A stretch of 64,000 nucleotides of DNA. It comes from Hydrolagus colliei. Taxonomy: Eukaryota. Position 1 is the stretch's first letter, and each line of letters starts with the position of its first letter. The notes beneath the pieces are model-generated. The model was not told the origin of the DNA and searched no databases. It worked only from the letters and a program-made list of their open reading frames with translations. A program made the position numbers and the translations under genes. Positions 12,231 to 23,150 of the stretch are shown piece after piece. The stretch covers positions 558,001 through 622,000 of the forward strand of contig CM068771.1 in NCBI GenBank assembly GCA_035084275.1, given 5' to 3'.

Positions 12231-12490
12231 ATCCCCTCACTCTCTGTCTCTCCCTTCACTCTCTCTCCCCAATCACTATCTCTACCCAAATCACTCTCTC
12301 CTCACTCTGTGTCTCCCCCTCACTCTCTCCTCTCACTTCCCCTCACTCTGCCTCCCACTCACTATCTTTCCCGCTCACTATATCTCTCCCTCACTCGATT
12401 CCCATCACTCTCTCTCTCTCCCCACCTCACGTTCTCTCCCTAATAGAGACAGTGATGGGGAATAGGCAGTGAGAGTGAGTTCACACTTAC

Positions 12491-12751
12491 TGTAGGCAGC
12501 AGTGATGGGTGTGCTCAGGCTGTTATGGTTCACCTCACAGGTGTAACTCTCAGCCTCCTCAGGGTTGATCTCCAGGGATTTGCGGAGCTGGAAGGTTCCG
12601 TCGCCATTTGATAATATCCCTGATGATTCCACGTCACCCAGAGTCCGTCCGTCTCTCAGCAGCTTCACCTCGATCGCTCGGGGTTAGAAACCAGTGGCCA
12701 AACATGAGATCTTAGACCCCTCAGAGAGGAGAGAGAGACCTTGGGGGGGCA
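12491..12751 (-). pseudogene. MHC class I-like remnant 1: alpha3 (Ig C1) exon with premature stop
   Basis: cccacag acceptor and A|GTAAGT donor, 261 nt phase 1-1. ISCLATGF*PRAIEVKLLRDG...SNGDGTFQLRKSLEINPEEAESYTCEVNHNSL; TAA at 12684-12686 replaces the Y of GFYP. Confidence 0.9.
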
Positions 12752-13024
12752 CTGTGGGCAGATAGCCAGGGTCAGTCAGACAGAGAGAGACAAGGAGAGA
12801 GACACACACACTGTTGGCAGATAGTCAGGGTCAGGCGGAGAGGGGGAGACAGGGAGAGAGATATATACACACTGTGGGCAGATAGTGTCAGTCGCAGAGG
12901 GAGATAGAGAGAGAGAGATTGAGAAGGAGATATAGACACAAGCACACGGAGGGCAGACAGAGAGAAAGAGAGCGAGAGAATCAGAGAGAGAAAGAGGAAG
13001 AGAGAACGGGAGACAGAAAAGCAC

Positions 13025-13330
13025 ACAATCTATCCTCTGCCATTGACACAGTGGAACATTTAATCCTACTCCACTGCGTCTCTTCTCACCTCAAACTGAA
13101 AGTTTCTCTCCTGGACTGCTTAATGTCCTACTACTGACACCGTCTCTACGTTGCCTCTGTCATTGGTTTCTCTTCCACCCCCTGCACAGTCTCTTGCCGT
13201 ATTCCTCAGCATCGAGAATATATAGAGTCTTGTAAAGGAGAGAACTTTCCACAGCTAAATGTGAGCCAAACCGCAGCCCTCGTGATTGGCACCAGCAGCA
13301 TCAGCATCCACTGAGGCAAACTTCACCTAA
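13025..13330 (+). mobile_element. L2 RT fragment (inverted homolog at ~23440-23780)
   Basis: LSSAIDTVEHLILLH...SYY..GFSSTPCTVSCRIPQ resembles L2 RT (LDLSAAFDTVDH...GVPQG). Confidence 0.7.
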
Positions 13331-14269
13331 CCAAGCCTGTCAGCAACCTGGCCTGCTCCATGTTCCCGGGACCTACCCGCCCCACATTTGGCAGGCGAGA
13401 CTCTAGACATTCTGCCCTCAACCTCTGGAACTCCATCCCATCATCAATGGTTGTATTTCGTTATTGGTTTTGCTGTATGAGAATAATTCCTGCCCGTCCT
13501 TTCAGATAGTGGCTGAGCTAAGGAATGTTGTAGTTTTGGTGAAATGTAGATTCGGCCTTGGAATGAATGCAGGATATGAAAGACATCTGACGGCAAGAAT
13601 GTCACTGAGCTTCTGTATTGGATCTGTATCATTATCCATGGAGGAGGGAGATATTGTCACCGCCCAAGATATGGAGCTGCTTGTGGGAGCCATACCAGAC
13701 GGTCTCCGTCATATTGATATTCATCAAAACACTACACATACTCTACTGTATAGACTCTTGACTATATTTATTAAGGCAAAATCTGGTTGCCAATTGTGCA
13801 GAGCAGCGTCCTATCAACAGTTCTGAATCAGGAGACAAGTCATACGTTAAAGGATTGTGATGCACAGACAACTATTTCTGATTTCGCTCTTCAATTGATT
13901 GAAATTGATATTTTCTTTTGAATGACCTTGAATGGGATTCAAGAATGAACAGTCATGACCACTGTATTTTATCAAACATTTCAAAGCATTATCAAGCATT
14001 TCACAGTTTGGCTATGCACATAATGGATAGACAAGCATTCAGTTGCTCATTGCCTATTTACATGTGTTACCCAGCTGAATAAAACAATGGTCACAGCATT
14101 CATCCATCCTCTTTATTATATGGTGTTATCCAGAGAGAGATGGTTGGCTTCTCACACACAATTTATTATTTTATTTAATATATTATTTCTAGTCTTCCCA
14201 CAAAACCACATTTTGTTCAGAATGGTGTGATTCTCTTTGTCGCAGTTGTTTGATCGGATAATTTATTAG

Positions 14270-14315
14270 TTGCGTAATGACAGTCCCTGCAGAGCTGACT
14301 CGCAGGTATAAAAAG
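14270..14315 (+). promoter_or_regulatory. G2 core promoter: TTGCGTAAT (C/EBP), GCTGACTC, TATAAAAAG
   Basis: TATA at 14307-14315, 84 nt before the ATG; homologous to the G1 and G3 promoters. Confidence 0.7.
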
Positions 14316-14398
14316 AGGAAGCTCTGAATGGTTCTGAGAGCAGGATCACATTCTTCAGCCGCAGAACAGTGTCAGCAGAATACAGTACAGCCTTGACA

Positions 14399-14462
14399 AT
14401 GATGGAAATAATAGAAATAGAAAAGGTGTTTTACCCTACGCTGGGAATCATTGGCTTTCCTG
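14399..14462 (+). CDS. G2 exon 1 (MMEIIEIEKVFYPTLGIIGFP + G)
   Basis: ATG at 14399, donor G|GTACGT at 14463. Confidence 0.9.
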
Positions 14463-16139
14463 GTACGTTGTTGAAGGAGCTGTGTGCGCCACTGATCCAC
14501 ACTACACCCGACAATGGTGCTTCTTTTCCCAGAAAGTAAACTTCTCTGTTCACCAGTGTTAAGAGGACAAGTTTCATGTGAAGCAAAGAAAGTGAATGGC
14601 AGCATAAAAGGAACATCACCAATTAGAGTTATACTGTAAAACACAATATCCAATTCTGGTCTCCTTCTCTAAGGAACCATATATCTATATTCCAAAAGGT
14701 AGTGTGAATGGCAAATAGACAAGTAACTGTAATTTGGCAGCTGAATTCTGAGTAGACACTCTGACAGATGCAACTGTAATTCACAATGGATAAGACCACA
14801 CACTCTGCAACTCGCCTGGATGGTAAGATCAGGAGAATGGAGGTAATCTGACATTCCACATTGAATTACTTGTCAAATAGAGGCAGGAGTATTTAGAATG
14901 AGCAATACAGGAACATGCTGTGAAGTCGTGTAACTTTTTGATTAGAGCATTCCTCGCAATTCGAGGAACTGGGCTCGATGCCCATTCAAGGCAAAAGGTT
15001 GAGAAATGTTCCACTCTCCTCACACCTTTCTTTGCAACTAGGTAAGGACCCGGTTGACAGTCGATTGGTGGATCGCTTCTTGGGGTATAATCATTCCTTG
15101 AAAAATAACCAAACGCAGAGAATTTGTTCAATCAATCCACAAATTTTTATGCATCAATTCTACAGCAATTGGCTGCCGAGTTTGCCAAAAACTTATACAG
15201 GCAATTCACTTTACGATATATCATGTGAAGAACTTTAATATATGATGAATGCAATGATCACTACTATTGGCATTTGTATCTCAAACGCCTCATTACCGGG
15301 ATGAATGATCCAGTGGGAATTAATTAATTAATCAATTAATTAACGAATAATGACTTCAAGTTGTAATATGTTGGAGATCTGGAGGATAATCCATTAATTT
15401 CAATGATTTTCAACAATGATAATCTTTGCATTTGACATAGCAATTTTACTGTTTTCTAGACATCTCGAAGAAATTCACAGAATATAAACTGTAAAGTGAA
15501 TTGACTGCTTAGATGGTGGGCAAAACACGGCATCCAATTATGCATGGCAGTGTTCCACAAATTCAGGAGGATTGAGTTGACCAATTGATTCCTTTCAGGA
15601 ACATTATTTTAGGTATGTAGAGCATGGAAAATGCTGTAGATTTTGCCGTGACGTGAACCCATGTGTGCCATGTGGAAAGCTAGTTCTCTGAATTCGGAGC
15701 TGCAGGACTACTTAAGTAGAGAGAGGGCGACAGAGAGAAAGACAGGAAGATCGATATATAAGGGAGTGGAGTTGGCTACTGTACCATTGTTTCATGTGTC
15801 AGTAAGTAGTGGTGTGTGAGTTGACAGGGGCTAGAACGTCAAAAATGACTGACTGGAAGACAGTTGTGGTTAAAGTCAGACAAGTTTATGATGAGTTCAG
15901 AACAGCATGCAGAAGGAGGATGGGAGGGTGGAGCTGTCAGAGAGGAAAGTGGAGGAAATTGGGGAGGGATGAGGGAACGTTGGTGGCTGGTGAGGGACAG
16001 CCAGCAGCGCTTGCCACGATCAGTTCATTGGAGGATTCCAAGGAGGGAACTTACGATTGCTGTGAAAACAAGATGGTGAGAAGATGCGGAAGTTGGTTGG
16101 AGACATTAACTGATTTGAGCAACAAACTGTACAAGGCTT

Positions 16140-16520
16140 TGCCCCATCCTATCTTTCCGACCTACTCTCCCCCTACAAGCCCACCCGGACCCTCCATTCA
16201 GCAGGACTTGGCTTGCTCCAAACCCCCCGCCCGAACCACCCCACCATCGGAGGCCGGGCCTTCAGTTTTTCGGCTCCCACCCTTTGGAACTCCATCCCCC
16301 AATCCCTCCGCCTTGTTTCCTCCCTTTCCTCTTTCAAGGCCAGTTTGAAGACTCTCCTTTTCGACCGTGCATTCTGCTCCCCCCCTAATTCTTCGACCTC
16401 CCCTACGTTTCTTACCCCCTCCTGAAAACTCCCCTCCCAGCTCGGGTCACACGCCTCCTGTGCAGCGCCTTGGGATGTCCTCCCAACATGAAAGGCGCTC
16501 TATAAGTGCAATTTGTTGTT
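16140..16520 (+). mobile_element. L2 3' end inserted into the older intronic L2 of G2
   Basis: PTIGGRAFSFSAPTLWNSIP motif; tail aaggcgctctataagtgcaatttgttgttg. Not present in the G1/G3 introns. Confidence 0.8.
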
Positions 16521-17204
16521 GTTGTTGTTGTATGGAGTAGGAGAGGGCAAATAGTGTTAGGGGTTGGGTCAGGTGCTGCAGCCACATGTTCAATATGAGA
16601 CTTGGAGAAGAGCAATCACAGAGGCATCGTCAGGCCACACGCGTTGAGACTGGGGGAGGCTCGATGAGACATTTCAAAGTGTAGGAAGAGGGAATTGTGG
16701 TCATGGCATTTCTGGAGCAAAGTCGGAGAGGAAGCTAGTGATGGACAGAGAGTAAAGATGGTTACCAAGCTCAGATTTGCGTGCAGGGCAATGGCTCAGC
16801 TGTGTTTCCTTACACCACATGCTCTTTAAACATCGCAATAAATTACAGCGTGAAGTTTAGTCAATTTGTTACTTTCTTTCCACAGCTAATTATCCTTCTC
16901 AATATGAATTGATACATGGTAGTTATTGGGACGTTGATTTCTGCAACTACTGTTTCTGCATCCACAATATATACTGAAATTTCACTTTACAGAATATCTG
17001 GCACAGGTACAATGTGCTGAATGGCCTTCTATGCTGTAAATGTCTATGTAACATTCTCTGACTACTCTGTGAAATGCATCTGTTTGAAATCTATCAAAGT
17101 GATATGCACTAAGCAAATGCATGGAATATTATTAATGTTTGCTGCCAGGTACAATCAAGCTTTAGATAGTGAAATCTTTGATTGCATTTGTGACTTTCCT
17201 GCAG

Positions 17205-18109
17205 CGATCGCGGTGACCATTGTGGTCCTGGCCCAAGGAAAGTGTGGACTCTCCAAATGTGTCACCCGCTACCTGGTCGCTATGGCTGTTGCTGATCTGC
17301 TGGTCATATTCATTGGTGTGATCCTGAGGAAGACATTTCAGCTCCACCTGCCGCACTTTGCTTTGTTCCAGACCCCCGTGTGCCGAGTACACATTGTGCT
17401 GCGCTTCATCGTCACTGAAGCCTCTGTCTGGCTGACCATGGCCTTCACCTTTGACCGCTTCATTGCCATCTGCTGCCCAAAGCTCAAAACCAAATACTGC
17501 ACTGAGAGGACAGCGGGCCTGGTGATCTGGACAATCTATGTACTTTTAAGCGCCAAAAATATCCCCATTTATTTTATGTACCAACCGCTGATGGTGATCA
17601 ATGGACAGCCCTGGTTCTGCAGCATCAAGCCCATCTGTGGAACCGCTATTGGCTGGAGGGTGTTTTCCTTTATTCATATGATTGTAAATCCAATACTTCC
17701 CTTCATCGTCATCCTCCTCTTCAACTCTCTGACCATCAGGCAGGTTCTCGTGGCCAGCGCTGTGCGCCAGCGTCTGCGGGGATCCGTGAAGGGGAGGGAC
17801 GAGGAGATGGAGAGTCGTCAGAAATCTCTTATCTTGCTCTTTACCATCTCGGGGACCTTTGTGTTGCTGTGGCTCACCTACTTGGTCACCTACATGTTTG
17901 CAGTGTTGACAAAGGCCAAACTCGATCAGTTTGACTACAGCAGCCCTTTCACCATCGCTGAGCATGTGGGTTACATGCTGCAGTTTCTCAGCTCCTGCTC
18001 CAACACCGTCATCTATGGTGTGACCCAGACCCAATTCAGGCAGAGCCTGAAATCCATCTTCATTTACCCCATCACTCACTTACTGAGGCACGAACATAAC
18101 CATGTGTAG
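17205..18109 (+). CDS. G2 exon 2: GPR139/GPR142-like GPCR; full gene 322 aa
   Basis: Acceptor ttcctgcag ends at 17204; join gives GFP-A-IAVTIVVLAQGKCG; intact 7TM ORF to TAG at 18109. Confidence 0.93.
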
Positions 18110-18139
18110 CTTTGTTGCTCTCTTTGGTCTTCACAACAG

Positions 18140-18850
18140 TATACCCGCGAGTCAGCTCTGCAGGGACTGTCATTACGCAACTAATAAAGTATCTGAACCA
18201 ACAACTGAGACAAAGAGAATCACGCCATTCTGAACAAAATGTGGTTATGTGGGAAGACTAGAAATAATAATAAATGACATAAAAATAATAAATAAATTTG
18301 TGAGAAGCCAACCATCTCTCTCTGGATAACACCATATTATAAAGAGGATGGATGAATGCTGTGACCATTGTTTTAATTAGCTGGGCAACACATGCAAATA
18401 GGAAATGAGCAATTTGAATGCTGGTCTATCCATTATGTGCAAAGTCAAACTATGCTGTGAACTGTTTGATACAATATAATGATCATGACTGTGCATTCTT
18501 GAAATGCATTTTTTTTTTAAAAACTTTAATTTCAATCAATTGAAGAGCGAAAACAGAAAGAGTTGTCTGTGCATAACAACCCTTTAACGTAAGACTGGTC
18601 CCCTAATTCAGAACTGTTGATAAGACGCTGCTGTGAACAATTGGCAGCCACATTTTCCCCTAACAAATATATAGTAAAGTGACTTTACAGTGGAGTCTGT
18701 GAAGTGTTTTGGTGATTGTCACTATGAAGGAGGCCCTTTGGTTTGGCTCCCATAAGCGTCTCCATACATTGGGCTGTGACATATCTCCCTCCTCCATGGA
18801 TAATGATATAGAGCCAATACACAAGCTCAGCGACATGCTGGACCAACAAA
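18140..18850 (-). promoter_or_regulatory. Orphan inverted copy of the GPCR upstream/promoter region
   Basis: Reverse complement of ~13590-14310, starting at the TATA remnant and keeping GCTGACTC and TTGCGTAAT. No exon 1 follows. Confidence 0.8.
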
Positions 18851-18977
18851 CTCCATGACCCTATCAACTTCCTATCCTCACCCGATATCTTAACGCATTG
18901 AATAGTCAGGGCACGGGGACCCGAGCATAGGGGTGTGGGTGATTGGGGGCAGGGTTGGGATGGGGTTGGGCAGAGAG

Positions 18978-21900
18978 TTAGTGCGAAGGCTTGTTTCAAG
19001 GCCAAGGGAGCAAATGCGGTCAAGAAAGGACGTCAGTTTCTTCATACGGTTGAGCGACACCAGGAGAGCGAGGACTCTGAGGAGCTAGTGGAGATCAATA
19101 CGATCTACAATGCAACAGTATCCAGTAGCAAGTTGCATGGCATCAAGATCCAAGTAACATTGGATGGAGTCCAAGTAATCATGGAAGTTGATACTGGAGC
19201 AGCAGTCAGTGTGGTGTCTGAAACACTGTATTGAGAGAAGCTGAGCAAAAATAAGCTACAATCAGGAAGTGTCGAGCTGCGTAGCTATGGGGGGGAGATC
19301 ATCCCACTTGTGGGTAGACTGTGTGTTCCAGTTACATACAAGGACCAATGTGTGGATTTGCCAATTGTTGTGGTGAAGGGAGAAAAAACAGCATTACTTG
19401 GTAGAAATTGGATGAACTCGCTGAAATTAGATTGGCAAGAAATCGTTCATGTGCAAATCTCGTTCACAACACAGGAAGAGGTGATAAAGAAGCACCCAAC
19501 GGTGTTCAGTGAATCCAATCAGCGGATACAAAGTGATGTGTTAGGTGAAGCAAGGCCAATGCTCTATAAGCCACGCCCAGTGCCACATGGAATGAGAGAA
19601 AATGCAGAAAAAGAACTGAAATGATTTGAAAAAGAGAACTTTATCAGTAAAGTACAACAAAAGTAATTGGGCTACTTCCATTTGTAGTTCCAAAACCTGT
19701 CAGTAGGGTCAGAATCTGTGTGGACTACAAGGTAACGGTGAATCAAGTTCTTGAGTGTAGTCCACCTGACACGTTACCAAATGTAGAAGATTTATTCAAC
19801 ACATTGGTAGGTGGTAAAACATTTTCTAAAATGGACTTGTCAAATGCCCTATTTACAGTTAGAGTTAGATGAGAAGTCAAAGGCGTACATGACTATCAAC
19901 ACTCATATGGGCCCATATCAATACAGTAGGCTACCGGTTGGCGTTACGTCAAGCCCAGGAATTTTCCAATGGTCATGACTCAGATTCTAGAGGGAATCAA
20001 TTAGGTAATATGCTACCTTGATGACATACTCATCTCTGCGCCAAATAGGCAGGTTCATGATGAAAGGCTACACATGGTGTTACAAAGGCTAGAGAAACAC
20101 CAAGTATGTGTCAAGGCTCACAAACGTGAGATGTTCAAAGAGTCTGTAGAGTACCAAGGGCATAAGGTAGACAAAGATGGGTTGCAACCAACCTAGAGTA
20201 AGGTCGATGTGATCAGGAACATGCCCACTCCCAGAAACACATCTGAGCTACGATCCTTCATGGGATTGTTGAATTATTATGGAAAATTCATTCCAAATTT
20301 GGCAACCCTTATACCACATTTGAATGAGCTTTTGAAGAAAGACATGCCATGACAATGGACACGTGAATGTGACCAGGGTTTCAAGTTGTGTAAAAAATAG
20401 CTAGTAGATGGTACACTATGATGTCACAAAGACAATCAAGCAAGTGACGCCTCCCCATATGGGGTTGGTGCGGTTATCTCTCATGTGTTAGAAACAGTGG
20501 AAGAGAGATCGATAGCTTTCACTTCTAGAACCCTGAGTAGTAGTGAGAAAAACTACACCCAAATATGGAGAGACGCTTTGGCCTTGATTTTTAGAGATAG
20601 GCGATTCAATAAATACTTGTATGGTCGCAAGTTCATCTTTGAAACAGACCATAAACCTTTGACAGCCACCCTAAATCCAAAGTCACAGGTACCTACTCTA
20701 GCAGCAGCCACAATGCAAAGATGGGCGTTGATCTTGGCAGCATACCAGTATGACATACAATATCGTAGGTCAGCAGACCATGGTAATGCCGATGCAATGT
20801 CTAGGTTACTATTAGCATCATAAGTGAAACCCAACAGGGAAGATGTGTTCTATTTTTCCCATGTTGAAGAGCTGCCAGTCACATCAAGTGACATCAGCAA
20901 GGCAACTCATAGGGACAGGGTTTTATCCAAGGTGCGTGACCATATTGTCAGTGGGTAGCCGAGTCATATGACTGAGACAGAAGAACAAATTAGTTCATAC
21001 CTTCGTGGGAGACATGAATTGATAAACGACCAAGGATATATCATGTGGGGAGCTAGAGTGGTAATCCCTGAAAGGTACAGAGTACAGTTGTTCGGTGATC
21101 TTCACGATCAACACCTAGGGATGTATCTGACCAAGAGTCTAGCTAGAAGCTACCTATGGTGGCCAGGTTTGATAAAGACATTGAAAACTCAGTAAAACAG
21201 TGTAGTGTATGTTAGTCAGTTGGAAGGAGTCCACTACCAGTACCACTACAGTCATGGAAATGGCCAGCCAGAGTGTGGCAAAGGTTACACATGGATTTTG
21301 CAGATCTAAATGGACAGCAGATGTTCCTTGTGATAGATAGTCATTCCAAGTGAGTTGAGGTGTTTCCGATGAACAAAACAACCTCTAGTAAAACTTTGGA
21401 TATTTTGAGAGGGTTGTTTGCTTCATATGGATTTCCAGAGGAAATCGTGTCTGACAACGGACCACAGTTCTGTTCAGAAGAGTTTGTGCAATGCATGAAG
21501 AAGAATGGTGTGAAGCACACTAGAGCACCTGCATACCTTCCAGCTTCGAATGGTACTGCAGAGCACACAGTGCAAATTGTCAAACGCACTAGTTAAGCAA
21601 ATGCTAGATGCAAACCCAAGGAAAAGTCAATTATCATTGCCTCACAAACTAGCCAACTTTCTGATAACGTATCGTAACACACCTCACACCACTGCAGGCA
21701 GAACACTGGCTGAGTTGTTCCTAAAAAGACACCCGAGAACAAGATTTTCATTGTTAAAACCCAACTTAGTACAAACGGAAGGAAAACAGGAGGGACAGAG
21801 AGAGAACCATGATAGAGGTAAGGTGAAAGACAGAAGGCTGGAGTTAACCCAAAAAGTTAAAGTGAAGAACCATCATCACAAATGGGTAAAGTGGGTACCA

Positions 21901-22560
21901 GGAAGAGTAGTGAAAGTATGTGGGTCACGCACCTATTTGGTCAGGATGTGTGAAAGTGGCAAACTCAGATTTGTTCGTATTGATCATATCTTACTTACAC
22001 ATGTACTGGAAGAGTGGAGAGAAATGGATAAATCTAATGAACCAAATAGTTTTAGACCAACAAATGAGTAAGTAATGGTAACAGAGGACTCAACAAAAAA
22101 CATAATTCAATTGTGAATGAAGGTGAGGGTTTAGTTCCAGGTGATAGTCAACAGAACCTGACTGAGAAACTGGAGACTAGGAGTGAAAGTCAAGAAGAAT
22201 ACCAGACTTGATAGATGGCGAGTCTGAGTGCTACCATGAGTCGTAAAACGTTTGGACAGCGAAGGTATCCTGTTAGAAGTAGGAAACCAGTAGTCAAGTT
22301 TGAATTTAGAATTTTTATGTATGTATGTATGTGCGTGCGTGCGCGCGCATGCATGCACATAAATTGTATATAGTATCGTGTTTTGAATGAAAGTAATTGT
22401 AACTGTTTTCATAACTTCTTCATTAAGGAGGGAGGAGATGTGATAGCGCCACTAGTGACCAGTGTATATAAATGTAAATAAGCCACATGATGTGTGCAGT
22501 CGTTTTCCAGAAAATCAGAGCGTGAACATGTGTGACACCTGTAGTCCCAGAGATATGACA
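18978..22560 (+). mobile_element. Ty3/Gypsy LTR retrotransposon remnant lacking the 5' LTR and most of gag (protease, RT, RNase H, integrase, PPT, 3' LTR)
   Basis: MEVDTGAAVSVV protease; YLDDILI RT; FETDHKPL RNase H; EEIVSDNGPQF integrase. Many stops and frameshifts. Confidence 0.95.
22439..22560 (+). repeat. Putative 3' LTR (122 bp, TG...CA) after the polypurine tract AAGGAGGGAGGAGA (22425-22438)
   Basis: PPT directly followed by TGTGA; ends GATATGACA where the host L2 sequence resumes. Confidence 0.7.
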
Positions 22561-23150
22561 GATAGCATGCTAACTGAAGGCAGGGACAAAGAGGAGGTCC
22601 TTGAGACAAGCCTTGAAAGAGGCAAGGGTGGCAGCAAAAAGAAGGGATTGTGGGTTGGAGTTCCAAAGTTGCAGAGAAACGGAAAGTCTGGCTGCCGAAG
22701 ATAGAGTGTGTTGGGCAAGAGACATGGAGCAGGCCGGAGCCTGGTAAATGGAGAGAGTGTAAAGATTGTTAAGGGGTGATTAGGTCAGAGAGATAGGAGG
22801 GGGCAAGTCCATGGATGGCTTTGAAAGTGACGACAAGGATCTTAAAGGTGATCCTCAACCAGGGAAGGGTTGAGGTGATGGGGACATGGAGGCTGGTGTG
22901 GGAGAGTACATGAGCTGCAGACGTTTGGATGATCTGCAGCTTGTAGAGGGTAGAGTTGGGAATACTGACAAAAAGGGAGTCGACGCAGTTGGGCCTATTG
23001 GTGACACGTGTATGTGTATGCATTTCAGCAAGCTGAGAGGAGAGGCAGTGATGGAAAAGGCCGTTATTCTGGAATTGGTAGAAAATGGTGCTGGTCATGC
23101 CATCGATGTGGAGGAGAAAGGACGTGTCACATTCAAACAAGATGACAACA
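22561..23150 (-). mobile_element. L2 3' fragment (continues 18890-18977; homolog of 5350-5990)
   Basis: LPWLRITFKILVVTFKAIHGLAPSYLSDL. Confidence 0.8.

Noticed and set aside
10937-12465. Long Cys/Val, His/Thr and Ser/Pro ORFs (also 37451-38926 and 52156-53004)
   Set aside because: Translations of CA/GT, CT/GA and poly-G low-complexity tracts.
17021-17204. 62-codon N-terminal extension of the 362 aa ORF
   Set aside because: It is intron sequence read through by chance. The true N-terminus is exon 1 at 14399-14462, spliced at the conserved acceptor.
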